From Tetramitus jugosus (taxonomy: Eukaryota > Protista > Heterolobosea): DNA of 64,000 nucleotides. The stretch spans positions 310,001-374,000 of the forward strand of contig OW569344.1 of the NCBI GenBank assembly GCA_937625935.1, given 5' to 3'. This document shows positions 1 through 10,682 of the stretch, one piece after another. Within the stretch, counting starts at the first letter, position 1. Every line of letters begins with the position of its first letter. A program made the position numbers and the translations under genes. The notes under the pieces are model-generated. The model was not told where the DNA came from. It searched no databases and saw only the letters and a program-made list of their open reading frames with translations.

Positions 1-241
1 TGCTTCCTGCACCATCTGAGCAATATCGGTCTCTGAAACTTCCATTTCTAAGGGCACAAACAACAGAGTCAGTCCCATAACCACAAACAAACAAAATATC
101 ATTTATCATTGCAGAGTACTCACTTAATTGATTCACCACCTTTGATATCTCCTTGATTGTGATCTTTCCATCGCTATCTGTGTCAAATAAATCAAACACG
201 TTCTTCAGTTCCTTCTTCTCTTTGTTGGTTAGACCGACCAT
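1..241 (-). CDS. Calmodulin/centrin-like EF-hand protein, 5' part (continues beyond window start)
   Basis: ATG at 241. Translates MVGLTNKEKKELKNVFDLFDTDSDGKITIKEISKVVNQL with a canonical EF-hand loop (DTDSDGKITIKE). GTGAGT...TAG intron 48-123, then KMEVSETDIAQMVQEA. Not in the ORF track. Confidence 0.85.
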   Translation of the reverse strand, partial: MVGLTNKEKKELKNVFDLFDTDSDGKITIKEISKVVNQLSEYSAMINDILFVCGYGTDSVVCALRNGSFRDRYCSDGAGS

Positions 242-361
242 TTTTTATTCTTCTTCGTTTCTTCTTTGTTTGGTGGCTGACCAATCCCCTGCGTCGCAAA
301 AAATTGTTGTGACGTTTGTGTGACAGATTCCTCCGCGGACTGCTTTTGGTGGTGTTTTGGT

Positions 362-2505
362 TCAGTTCCTCATCTTCTTGGCAGGAGCCCCGAATGTGAA
401 GTTGTTGTTTCTCGTAATTTTTCTTCTCTTGTGACTGATTGGTTCCTGGACAGTGCTCATTTTAGGAAACGTTTCATTGTAGTCAAACTCATCCAACATT
501 TCATCTCCTCTGTTCCCAACGACATTCATCGTATCTTGAGAGTGACACACTTCAAAATTCTCTTCAATTCTCTTTCTCTTGTTGTTCAACTTCTGATTCG
601 AAGAGGATTGATCAATGTTGGGGTAGTTGACCTTTGGTTCATGTAATCTTCCTTTCTTGATATTGGCTTCATTTGTTGCCTGTTGGGATTTGGCATTCAC
701 CACAGATTTCTGAGATACTCCAGATAAACTCAACTGAGGAGTACTACTGAGGGTACCAGAGGTCAAAATAGTTTCTTCAACAATTGGTTTTTGTTGGCTG
801 TTGGTACTCTGTGCTTGTCCTGCTGTTTGAGAAGAGTTTTCAATCTCGGGAGAAGAAGACTCATCATTGTCACCCATCGTACTACGACTGAACCACTCTG
901 CAACTTTTTTAAGCATTGCTTTGGACTTTGAACTTTGGATCACTGGTCTTCCTGTTCTTCGATTGGTCGACTTTCCCAAGAAACCATCATCATCCATTCT
1001 GTCAAGGAGCAACTTTGCCTGGTGAGCACTAATGTCCATCTTCTTTTGTAACTTTGAAGAAAAGACGTGTGTTTCGTTGAGACAAATGGACAATGCTTGA
1101 TAATACAATTCGTCTACTGAATTGGATTTCTTGGATGACTTGTGAGTAGGACTAATCTTGTTCTTGTGTTGGAATGAAGAAGCCAAGTGATCGAGCTCTA
1201 AACTATTCCTTCGTTTCTCAGAAGCTCTCTTTGAGCTATCCTACTCAAGTATGGTCGTGATATCAGGAGATCTTTCTTCGCTCTCTAGGTGAGTTTCATC
1301 CAGGGATACTTGTGTTTCTTGACTGTCCGTCATTTGAGAGCCAGTAGGACTATGGTTCATGTTGTTGTTGTTGTCCAATGTGGGCTGAGATTGTACTTGT
1401 TGAGAGAAATTCTCTTCCTCTCTTGTTGCCCTAGTTACTTCCTTGTGTTCCATCAATAGTGGATCATCGTCATAATCGAACAAGTTTTGAGCAGTTCGAA
1501 TCTTAACGTCCATGGCATGATAACTTGTAGCAATCTTACCCACTCGTAGTTTGATAAAGTCCTTTTCATAGCCCCGTGCCTCACTCTCGTCCACTGGTTT
1601 GAAGAATGGTGGTTCGTACTCGGCTGGAGTCACATGATCATAGTACAGCAACTTCATGGTAATGCAACGAGACTCAGGAATAGGCTTCAGTGTCTGAGAC
1701 AATGTAATCAGAGTTCTCAGTAGCATGACCATGGACTGGGTAATCTCTGTCTTGGTTTGACCCTTGTTGAACTGTTGTTGAACTCCAATTTTCTTACCAG
1801 AGGAAGATGTTTTAGAAATGTTGAGATGAACAGAGTTGTTGTTGTGCCCTTCATTTCTCTGGTTGGCACCATCACCATGGCTGTCATTGTTGTTGTTGTG
1901 TTGAGATGAGTTGGGATACGAGACATGGAACTCGTAGCTCTCAATCACCGAATCAAGACTGTCTCTAGAGTCCTTGCACACTGCAAACAATATTGTTTTG
2001 AGCTAAGATACAAAAAGAGAGAGTGTCGGTGAATTTCAATCTCCAAGTGTCAGTCAAACACATGAAGGAGGTGTTGTGACCATACATACATAACGTTTGT
2101 TCAGTGCATCAAACACTCCTTTTTCTAACCATTCAATCAATGTTCTTGACTCATCGTTATGAGCAATCAGAGACTTGATTTGGATACCAGAGATGGATTT
2201 ATCAGAAAAGCACCTGTGCACATGTGATGTGATCACTTGTGAGTCAGACTGGTGTGTTGATTTCGAATACAACAATATATTTGTGAGTACATACTCGTCA
2301 GGGAATAGGTTTCTGAGATAACAAATGGCAGATATGCCTGTTCTCATCAAGTTTCTGACAAGGGTCAATGATTCAGTCGCACTGATAGTTTCTGATCTTG
2401 TTGCTTGCTTTGATTGGTGTTGGGTGATAGTGAGCTGTTGAGTGATTGGATTACAATATACAAAAGAAGAAAATTTTGTATCCATTTACATACTGCTGTA
2501 GCCAT
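362..2505 (-). CDS. HOP1: Meiotic HORMA-domain axis protein HOP1/ASY1/HORMAD
   Basis: Introns 2435-2493, 2214-2294 and 2003-2089 join a HORMA domain (SLTLVRNLMRTGISAICYLRNLFPDE...WLEKGVFDALNKRYLKTILF...MKLLYYDHVTPAEYEPPFF). A central winged helix follows, and a C-terminal closure-like motif KMSTVQEPI resembles ASY1 KTSMVREPI. The in-frame TAG at 1241-1243 is probably removed by intron 1241-1309. Confidence 0.9.
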
Positions 2506-2630
2506 CCTTTAGAATAGAATTGAGTTGGATTGTTTTTGTATTTTTCTCTTAGAGATTTTTCTTTTGTCGTCGAGATTTGTAGATTTTGGCGGCTGACAGC
2601 TTGATTTACAAAAAAACGGCGTTTTTATGT

Positions 2631-4622
2631 TCAAAAATATCGCGAGTTCTTCTTTGCTTGTTGCTTCTTGTTCGATGGTGCTTGTTTGTTCTGAGGAGCA
2701 GATTTCGTGGATTTCGGTATTGGTTTTGTATCTGGCTCAGACTCGTCGTCACTGACATCATCTTCGCTGTCCTCATCTTCCTCATCAGATTCGTCACGAT
2801 TGGCTGCATTGATTTGGAGAGTTTGTGTGATTAAAGCAAGAAGTTCCTTATTGGTTTGTTGCTGGGCAGTTCTCTGCTTCTTCAATTGTTCCAACTGTTC
2901 ATGCAGAGCCAATACTTCTTCTCGCAACTGCTTTTCATTCTCAGACGGTGCGTCAACCTTTCTCTTTTTTGGTGCTTGCTGACCATTGCTTGTCTGTTCA
3001 GCCAAGTGTCTCTCGACAACAGCACTGTGGAATCGATCAGATACGTTTGTTGTGATACCAAAGAGCGAAGAGGTTGCAATGTCTCTGAATCCAAGGTCAA
3101 CAGAGTCCAGAGGATTAGCAAGCACATCTAAAAAGGCAGAAGGAATATTTCTATCGGCATCAAACTCTGCATGATCAGTCAACATTTTCCAGTTGTCATC
3201 CAAGATGTTCAATTGAATCACAGAGCAACCATCTTCGTTTGCATCTTCAGGATCTTGAGTCTCTAATGTTTGATTACCAATCATTTGCTTCAACGGCTTC
3301 AATCTTCTATAGAGCGCTTCGCTCTTCTTCTTTTGATCACCCTTCACTGATCGTATCACATTCTCCTCATGATGGAAAGTTTGGAATTGAGCAAGTGATA
3401 GTGTCACAATCGTTGCACTGACAACACTAAAATCAGATGCAGAAGCATGCTTCTTGAAAGCAAAGAGAATTTGTTTCGACTCAGTGTCCCAAACTAAACA
3501 TTTTCCATCCTTTGATGATGTAACCATTTTAGTGCCATCTGCTGACAATGAAATATCAGTCACACTGTTTGTATGACCTCCATAAACGCAACAATAGTTT
3601 CGATTGTACTTGTTCTCGTTGCTATTCAATGAAGAAACATGCTCCACAGTCAAATTTCTTGCACCACCAATCATACCACTGCTCTCACTCACAAATGCGA
3701 TATTGTGACCAACAGAGAACTCTGCTTCCTCTGATTGACCATTGTTGTTACCGGTGCTGCTATATCCTACAATATCATCCACAAATTGAGGAACAAATGG
3801 ATAAATGTTCACTTGATAGACTCTACCGTTGGATCCACCCATGTACAAAAAGTGTTCAGAAGGATCCATGGAAGCAGACAGGATGGAACAAGGCACAACC
3901 ACACTGCACAGCTCTGATCCAGAGAACAAATCCCAAACCTTGCACGTTCTGTCCATTGACGTAGAAATCAACTTTGGTTGAGAGCCTCTTGTGCAGTGCA
4001 GACTCGTAATAGCCAACGAATGACTAGAAAAGGTGAACATGGGGTCCATTTTTCTGTTTGTCAACGTCTTGACATCCAAAAGAGTGGCCAAATTCCACAC
4101 GTGAATCACAGTGTCCTTTCCTCCCGTAATCAAAAAGCATTCTGATCCTTCAGAAACGCAACAAATGGCAGCAACTCCATTCAAATGAGCATCAAACATC
4201 TTAATCAACTGTCCAGAGTGAACATTCCATATAAAGACACGTCCATTCTCACTTCCACCAAACACAAATCCCGTATTGCTACCACTCGTACTGCTCAACA
4301 CTGAAATTTTTTCTTGTTGCGAGCAATTGTACATGGGTTGATTTCTTCTCGCATCATACATGCTAATGCTCGCTCTGTGTTCTTGAGCAGTGATCAGTGT
4401 TTGATATTGGGAGAGGTAGGTACTGGCGTGTTTGTTCTGTTGCGTATTGTTCTTGACAAGTGTGTTGTACAACTGACCACTCGTTATGTTCCAAATGTGT
4501 GTAATGCCATTGGTGTCGCTTGATATGCACGCTTCGACAATGTCATTCTCTAGGGATTCTTGATTGTACCGATGTTTGTTGCTGCTGTTGTTGTTGTTTG
4601 CGGTTTTGCTCGTTGTTGTCAT
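2631..4622 (-). CDS. WDR18: WD40 protein WDR18/Ipi3 (rixosome, pre-60S)
   Basis: WD repeats (GGSENGRVFIWNVHSGQLIKMFDAH, SHSLAITSL, STSMDRTCKVWDL, GHTNSVTDISLSADGTKMVTSSKDG) and a C-terminal coiled coil. First in-frame ATG at 4622; frame open to 4712. Confidence 0.8.
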   Translation of the reverse strand: MTTTSKTANNNNSSNKHRYNQESLENDIVEACISSDTNGITHIWNITSGQLYNTLVKNNTQQNKHASTYLSQYQTLITAQEHRASISMYDARRNQPMYNCSQQEKISVLSSTSGSNTGFVFGGSENGRVFIWNVHSGQLIKMFDAHLNGVAAICCVSEGSECFLITGGKDTVIHVWNLATLLDVKTLTNRKMDPMFTFSSHSLAITSLHCTRGSQPKLISTSMDRTCKVWDLFSGSELCSVVVPCSILSASMDPSEHFLYMGGSNGRVYQVNIYPFVPQFVDDIVGYSSTGNNNGQSEEAEFSVGHNIAFVSESSGMIGGARNLTVEHVSSLNSNENKYNRNYCCVYGGHTNSVTDISLSADGTKMVTSSKDGKCLVWDTESKQILFAFKKHASASDFSVVSATIVTLSLAQFQTFHHEENVIRSVKGDQKKKSEALYRRLKPLKQMIGNQTLETQDPEDANEDGCSVIQLNILDDNWKMLTDHAEFDADRNIPSAFLDVLANPLDSVDLGFRDIATSSLFGITTNVSDRFHSAVVERHLAEQTSNGQQAPKKRKVDAPSENEKQLREEVLALHEQLEQLKKQRTAQQQTNKELLALITQTLQINAANRDESDEEDEDSEDDVSDDESEPDTKPIPKSTKSAPQNKQAPSNKKQQAKKNSRYF

Positions 4623-4975
4623 AGTGGTGGTGGTGGTGTTCGTTGTGGTCGGTGTTGTGTGTATGGACGACGTTCGTTGCTCTTTTGCTTTTTTCAATAA
4701 GACAGCAAGCAAAAATGAGCTCCATGCCCTGTTTTTGTTGAAGGTTCTGTGTGAAAAGTGAACATGTTGGCGGAGAAAAATTGACCAAAACTTGAATGCT
4801 CAGTAGTTATGTGAGATGGTTGTTTTGTCGTCACTAATCGTCAGCAGCAAAACAGGCATGTTTATATTGTGTTTTTTCATCATTAGCGCTAAAGGGATGC
4901 TTGTAACTTGTTATTGGACATGTTGAATTGTGCCAAAGATTAATTTGGTTCTAGTTTTTTGAGGGTTCAAATTTT

Positions 4976-7072
4976 TTACCAATGATAGTGAAACACCAAG
5001 TTGCTCACGTTCATTCCTCCCCATTCAACCACAGTAAGCCCATCTCGATTAAACACTGTATCCTGAGGTGCAGGTGCAAGCTTGGTCGATGAGAGTTCTG
5101 GAAGCTGGGCTAGAGGTTGATCACAACCCGCGAAGAGCATGAACACTCGAAGGCAATTTTGATAGGCTGGCTGTGTCGTAAGAGGGGCAGAATCTGTGTA
5201 GGTCTTGTCTATGAATTGAATGTAACTAAACTCGTGCTTGTTCAGAATGGGCAACCAGTACGTTATAAAATCTTGTATCTCATTATCAATCATGCCCAAA
5301 GCAACGAGCGATTCCTCTAAATAAGAAACAAGAGCAGTGGCAGCAACTAGTGCCGCTGAACGCTTCGTAAATTGGTAAAGAAGATGAATTAGTCTCTGTT
5401 GTTGTACATCCCCCTCCCAGAATAAATAGCGGTACGAGTTATCATCTTTTGTTATGTCCCAACTAACTGATATGTTGGGATGCACTAACGAAGGGAGTGG
5501 ATACAAATGGGATGAAGAAGAATCCCATCAAATGCTAGAGTCACCCGAACCGAAACATGAGGCTCTTCCGAGTACACATAGATGACAGGTTTGTGATGCT
5601 TTCCTCTGCTTGTCGTGATAGTTATGACATTGGCTCTAGTCATAGTTGGCACTATGATCTTTTGATCTACAAAATCACCTCTTGTTAGCACATGATCCGT
5701 GCTAAGATCAAACGGAGTGTCGATGGTATAACTAAGTAAATGTTGCACACTATCAGACTCGTCTACCAATTCTCTTTCAGTATCCGTGGTGATACAAACC
5801 AAGTAATCATTCACTATTGTCGTGTCCGATTTAACTCTCAACGCTTGAGCAAAAGCTTAATCCATTGTGTTAGTAACTGCTGGACAAAGCACTGCATATC
5901 CAACTAATGACTTACTTTCTCTCAGTAACAAGTTAAGGAACAATACATCAACATAAAGCGACAAGTATTCACTTTTTTGATAGTGACTCAGGAGAATGAT
6001 CTTCTCTAGAGTTTGTGTTGATCCTCTTGGACTACCATTGAACGAATCTTCAGAGAGCAAATGTTAGCTTCACGGAATGGAACAAAGTGCAAACATGCCA
6101 CCATACCTAACGAACTCAAATTAGCTAAAATATTGGTACAGCAGTGTATCAGCTCATAGGAGAAAGAATCTTTGTCGAACTTCTTCTTTGCTATAGGGAT
6201 ATGAAACACAACATTCTTTCTATCTATGAAATCACCGATGATCTTGACAATGACACTAAACTCCTCACTACATTGATACAAATCTAAAGGATCCAACGTG
6301 AGAAAAGAGAAGTATCGCTTGACAAAAGTCATTCAAGTACTAACCACTTGATGATAATCTGGCAATAATTCTTAGACAACTGAGTTGTTTTTGTTTGGTT
6401 TCTTCGAACTGATAACTATCCTCCTTCGACACCTCCATCAAATATGTAAGAACAATTTTATCAGCACGATGATGGAATAGCGTCAAATGAGAATCCGGGA
6501 AACTCGCAAGAGTTGCAAGTAAATTCGAGAACATAACAATCGAGTCAAGCTGATCTCTAGCAAGATTGCCAAGATCGAAAATACTCAACGACTCACTCCA
6601 GTTCATATACTTGAGTATTTCCTCTCTGTACTTATCCACGGTTGCTAAAATGCACAATTTACTCATCAACACTTGCATATGAGACGAACCATTCACCGTT
6701 CGCCATATTTCGTCCATATCCTTCCTTAAACTCTCCATCTGATAGTGAAATAGATCATATTCCTTCAAAATTTTCCAAAACTCTCTCGGATCAATCTGAA
6801 AGTAGTCAAAATACAGCTCGTACTTGTCTGACAGCTCTTCATTTGTCTCTTCCAAGTACTTCTTAATCTTGTCTCTCTGTGTGAGCTCTCGTCTGAGTTC
6901 AATGTTTCGACTCTTTTGGTCATTGTTTTTCTCCTCCATCTTTTCGAAGGTGAACTCAAAGTTATCGATAGATGCAATCACAAAGCTGTCTGCGAGTGAT
7001 GGGTCTGCATGTTCAGCAGTGGTGCATACGTTCTTGTTCCTGAACTTTTTCTTCCTGCTTTCTTCTTTTCAT
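4976..7072 (-). CDS. Spliced gene: coiled-coil/helical region + putative degenerate ubiquitin-like domain + 'KPVIY...YLFWE...DFITYWLP...LRVFM...VVEWGG' domain; one -1 frameshift near 5525 (pseudogene or assembly error)
   Basis: Introns 6284-6344 (GTTAGT..TAG), 6047-6106 (GTATGG..CTAAC..AAG) and 5856-5915 (GTAAGT..TACTAAC..AAG) join four ORF-track fragments in frame. A probable 5' intron is 6990-7029 after ATG 7072. The last two fragments overlap in different frames at about 5488-5526. Confidence 0.7.
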
Positions 7073-7300
7073 TCTGGGTGTCAGAGCTCTGACTGAACGT
7101 TTCTGTCCATCAACCTCCGTCAGCCAGAATTGCTCCAGATCCAGAATGAACCTTCAACCATGGTATGTCGGGATGATCATTTTCGGCGACTCAACCGACT
7201 TTACAACGAAAAATTTTGCCTCGAAAAAAAAGCACGAAATTTTGTTTCGGCGCCCAACCCAAACACGAAAAAAGAACAGAACTCCCGCCTCTACAGCAAC

Positions 7301-8128
7301 ATGACATCAGGAACAACTCAACAACTGCAACGACTGGGACGAGAAAGTGCAATTAGTAGCTCGTCTACTCTATTTCATCAATTTGCAGAACAAAAGAACC
7401 GTCTGCCCTACTTTCTCGATCACAGCCACTTTTTCACATTTGATCCATTCTCTCAACAACACTTTATTCAACAAAACTCTCACTTGCTGCTTCCTGAACA
7501 GCTCTACCTTGAGATTGATCAAGGCGTGTGCTTTGCATTGTGCATGCACTGGGCTAATGCAGTATCAGAACAAAATTGTGGTCTCTACCATGAAAGAGAC
7601 ACAATGGATCAGTTTTCAAGCGGTGAAAGCACTACAATGACCAAGAGCAGATATCCTGAACATTGGAGCAATGAATTATTCTTCATGGAATGTGTTTCAT
7701 TGCAAATGGAGGCACAAAAATATACAATGTATGAACTGAGACTACTGTTTCAGAAGATGAAGTTTCGACCTGCCAATCGGTTCTCTATTGTTCAGAATGT
7801 GGGAGAACTTTCGAATGAAAACTCTCGGCTCATTCAATTCTTGAGCTGTGATACATATGGGGTCGATCGATTTTTGTTGATCTTTCTCAGTGGCTCACAG
7901 GGTGGTCATGTGATTTGTGTTGCTCGGTTGGATCGCCAGATTGCAGTGTTTGATCCCAATGAAGGAACAGTTTCTTTCTTTTATCAATTTGCACAACAAC
8001 ACGCACGCGGTGCGTATGACATTGGTAAACTGATTCAAGCACATTGCTCGAGCTATGAAATGTATGAAGATATTGGTTTGTGTGAATTTGTTGGAATGAG
8101 AAATTCAAAAATGAAGGCAGCAAGGTAG
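7301..8128 (+). CDS. YopT/AvrPphB-type (peptidase C58, papain fold) cysteine protease
   Basis: Catalytic triad motifs QGVCFALCMHW (Cys codon 7529), GGHVICV (His 7907) and AVFDPNEG (Asp 7952), with typical spacing. Intronless. Start ATG uncertain; frame open from 7130. Confidence 0.8.
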   Translation: MTSGTTQQLQRLGRESAISSSSTLFHQFAEQKNRLPYFLDHSHFFTFDPFSQQHFIQQNSHLLLPEQLYLEIDQGVCFALCMHWANAVSEQNCGLYHERDTMDQFSSGESTTMTKSRYPEHWSNELFFMECVSLQMEAQKYTMYELRLLFQKMKFRPANRFSIVQNVGELSNENSRLIQFLSCDTYGVDRFLLIFLSGSQGGHVICVARLDRQIAVFDPNEGTVSFFYQFAQQHARGAYDIGKLIQAHCSSYEMYEDIGLCEFVGMRNSKMKAAR

Positions 8129-8408
8129 ATTCCTTGCACAATGACGCGATCGTACATCACCATGTAATCACCTGAAGGAATAGCTCTCGTGCTCTAGGTT
8201 CCTTTGAGCAGCACGAGCATTTGGAATATTGGTCCGCGGCAATGAAGATAGGAGCCATCATTCATATCTTGATAGACCAACCCAATTAATACCCTGTCTC
8301 CAACGTCTTTCAATCAATAGTCTTGGTTGTTGGCGATTGTAATAAGATAGATATGGGTAATGCAATATCAATTTTATAAAATATTTCGAGCTGAAATCCA
8401 TTATTAAT

Positions 8409-9104
8409 TTATTCTTCAGTCCAGGTTGTGTGATTATCTTTTGTTACAATCTTGATCAATGATCCATTTGAAGGTCGAGAAACAGGATGGGAGGCCCAAT
8501 CGAACAACTTGCCGCTGACCTCATCTAACTTTGTCCAGTTATTGAAGTTGGCATTGGGCATGCCCGATCTGTTCATTTCAGTATCTAAAATAACAGGCAT
8601 AATACCAGTAACGGTCGTATTGGTAGGCAGTCCAGAATCCTTTGCTGCCAAACTCTTCACCAAGTGATGCACAGCAGACTTAGCAACACCATAGGCAATC
8701 ATTCCTGGAGTAGGATGAATCGCACCGGCTGCTCCTGGCAAAACCAATAAGCCTCCTTCTTTCATATATCTACTTGCGATCTGTGCACTCAAGACAGACG
8801 TTTGTACGCTAGACTTCCACATCATGTCAGTGTCATCGATCAGGCTATCAGAGGCGGCGTTACCTCCGACCCATCCTCCAGCAACACAAATCACTGCATC
8901 ATATTTGTATTGAGAAACTTGTTGATCAACAGCTTGCGCCTGTTGCTTCCATGATAATTCCTGAGGGACGACAATGGAAAGGGCTGCATCACTGTTTGCA
9001 GCACGATCAATGCAGACGGTGGACCATGCTTTGTTATTGAAGAATTTGACTAAATTTTGGCCTAATGCTCCCTTTCCGCCATAGATTAGAACTCTGGATG
9101 CCAT
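8409..9104 (-). CDS. QDPR: Dihydropteridine reductase
   Basis: MASRVLIYGGKGALG, DAVICVAGGWVGG, TPGMIAYGVAKSAVHHL, LDTEMNRSGMPNANFNNWT, SNGSLI. Confidence 0.95.
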   Translation of the reverse strand: MASRVLIYGGKGALGQNLVKFFNNKAWSTVCIDRAANSDAALSIVVPQELSWKQQAQAVDQQVSQYKYDAVICVAGGWVGGNAASDSLIDDTDMMWKSSVQTSVLSAQIASRYMKEGGLLVLPGAAGAIHPTPGMIAYGVAKSAVHHLVKSLAAKDSGLPTNTTVTGIMPVILDTEMNRSGMPNANFNNWTKLDEVSGKLFDWASHPVSRPSNGSLIKIVTKDNHTTWTEE

Positions 9105-9336
9105 GATGTTTTCGATGATTAATAATTGATCAGATCTGTGTTGTCTATTTTTTCGAGCCAAGAGAAAAAATCGATTGAATCCTGCACTTTGTAATAGAGT
9201 TGTAACATTTTTCCGCCAATTTTTCCACACCAAAAAATTTGTTGCGACTCAAAAAAAAGTCTTTCACAATCAAAATTGACACACAAGAGAAGACTCGCAC
9301 TTTCACGAAACCACAACTTTGAACACTTTTTGAACA

Positions 9337-10446
9337 ATGTCAATCTTACAACAAATTAAGAGTATTGAAGATGAAATGGCCAGAACCCAAAAGAACAAGG
9401 CCACATCCTTTCACTTGGGTATGCTGAAAGCCAAATTGGCCAAGTTGAAGAGAGAGGTCATGACTCAGGCCACTGGTGGAAAGGGTGGTGGTGCTGGTGA
9501 TGGTTTCGATGTGACCAAGTCTGGTGATGCTAGAGTGGGTCTCATTGGTTTCCCTTCTGTCGGAAAAAGTACCTTGTTGAACGTTTTGACCAACACTTTC
9601 TCTGAGGTCGCTTCCTATGAGTTTACGACTCTTACTTGTATTCCTGGTGTGATTCAATACAAGGGTGCCAAGATTCAATTGCTCGATCTTCCTGGTATTA
9701 TTGAGGGAGCCAAGGACGGTAAGGGTAGAGGTAGACAAGTCATTTCTACTGCCAGAACATGCAACTTGATCATGATTGTGTTGGATTGTTTGAAGCCAAT
9801 GACTCACAAGAAGATTATTGAGCGCGAATTGGAAGGTTTCGGTATTCGTTTGAACAAGAGACCACCTCACCTCACATTTAAGAGAAAGGAACGTGGTGGT
9901 ATTTCGATCATGTCCGCTGTTCCAATGACCCACTTAACTGACGAATTGATCAGAGCTATCTGCAAGGAGTATAGAATTACAAACGCTGATTTCCACTTTA
10001 GATGTGATGCTACTGCTGATGATTTGATTGATGTTATCGAAGGTAACCGTGTCTATATTCCTGCTCTCTTTGTCATGAACAAGATTGATCAAATTACGAT
10101 TGAGGAGTTGGATTTGATTGATAGATTGCCAAATGCATGCCCAATCTCTGCGCATCACAGATGGAACATTAACGGTCTACTCGAAAAGATTTGGCTGATG
10201 TTGAATTTGATTAGAGTTTACACAAAGCCAAGAGGTCAACTCACTGATTTCAGTGAGCCTGTTGTCATTAGAAGAGACAAGGCGACTGTTGCTGATTTCT
10301 GTAACAGAATTCACAAGACTATTTTAGCAAAATTCAAGTATGCTTGGGTGTGGGGTGCTAGTGTGAAACACAACCCTCAAAGAGTCGGTAAGGAACATCA
10401 ACTCGAGGATGAAGATATCGTTCAGATTGTCAAGCAAGTTGGTTAA
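9337..10446 (+). CDS. DRG1: Developmentally regulated GTP-binding protein 1 (OBG family, TGS domain)
   Basis: [53 protein letters not shown]-terminal [15 protein letters not shown]...DEDIVQIVK. Confidence 0.97.
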   Translation: MSILQQIKSIEDEMARTQKNKATSFHLGMLKAKLAKLKREVMTQATGGKGGGAGDGFDVTKSGDARVGLIGFPSVGKSTLLNVLTNTFSEVASYEFTTLTCIPGVIQYKGAKIQLLDLPGIIEGAKDGKGRGRQVISTARTCNLIMIVLDCLKPMTHKKIIERELEGFGIRLNKRPPHLTFKRKERGGISIMSAVPMTHLTDELIRAICKEYRITNADFHFRCDATADDLIDVIEGNRVYIPALFVMNKIDQITIEELDLIDRLPNACPISAHHRWNINGLLEKIWLMLNLIRVYTKPRGQLTDFSEPVVIRRDKATVADFCNRIHKTILAKFKYAWVWGASVKHNPQRVGKEHQLEDEDIVQIVKQVG

Positions 10447-10682
10447 GAAACACTTCTGACATTTTTTGCGCTTTCAAATACCGTTGATTGAGCTGTTAGT
10501 TGAACCACAGTCACAGAGTTTAGACTGACACACAAACAGAGTCAATCTCTTTCGTCCCCACTGTCACCATTGATTTTCAATAAAATAAGACACTAAATCT
10601 ATTTTGAATTGACTTGAACATCCCGTGTTTCTCGGCAGAAAAATAAAAAGTCAGCAGCAAGAAAAACAAGCAAGAAGATTGA

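Noticed and set aside
1241-1243. TAG stop-codon reassignment (alternative genetic code)
   Set aside because: TAG ends MetRS, Ssu72 and DNAAF6 at their expected C-termini, and the other apparent internal stops I checked fall within introns.
10470-10560. Hairpin downstream of DRG1 as a third snoRNA
   Set aside because: No properly placed H or ACA box, and an AATAAA follows, so it is probably ordinary 3' UTR.
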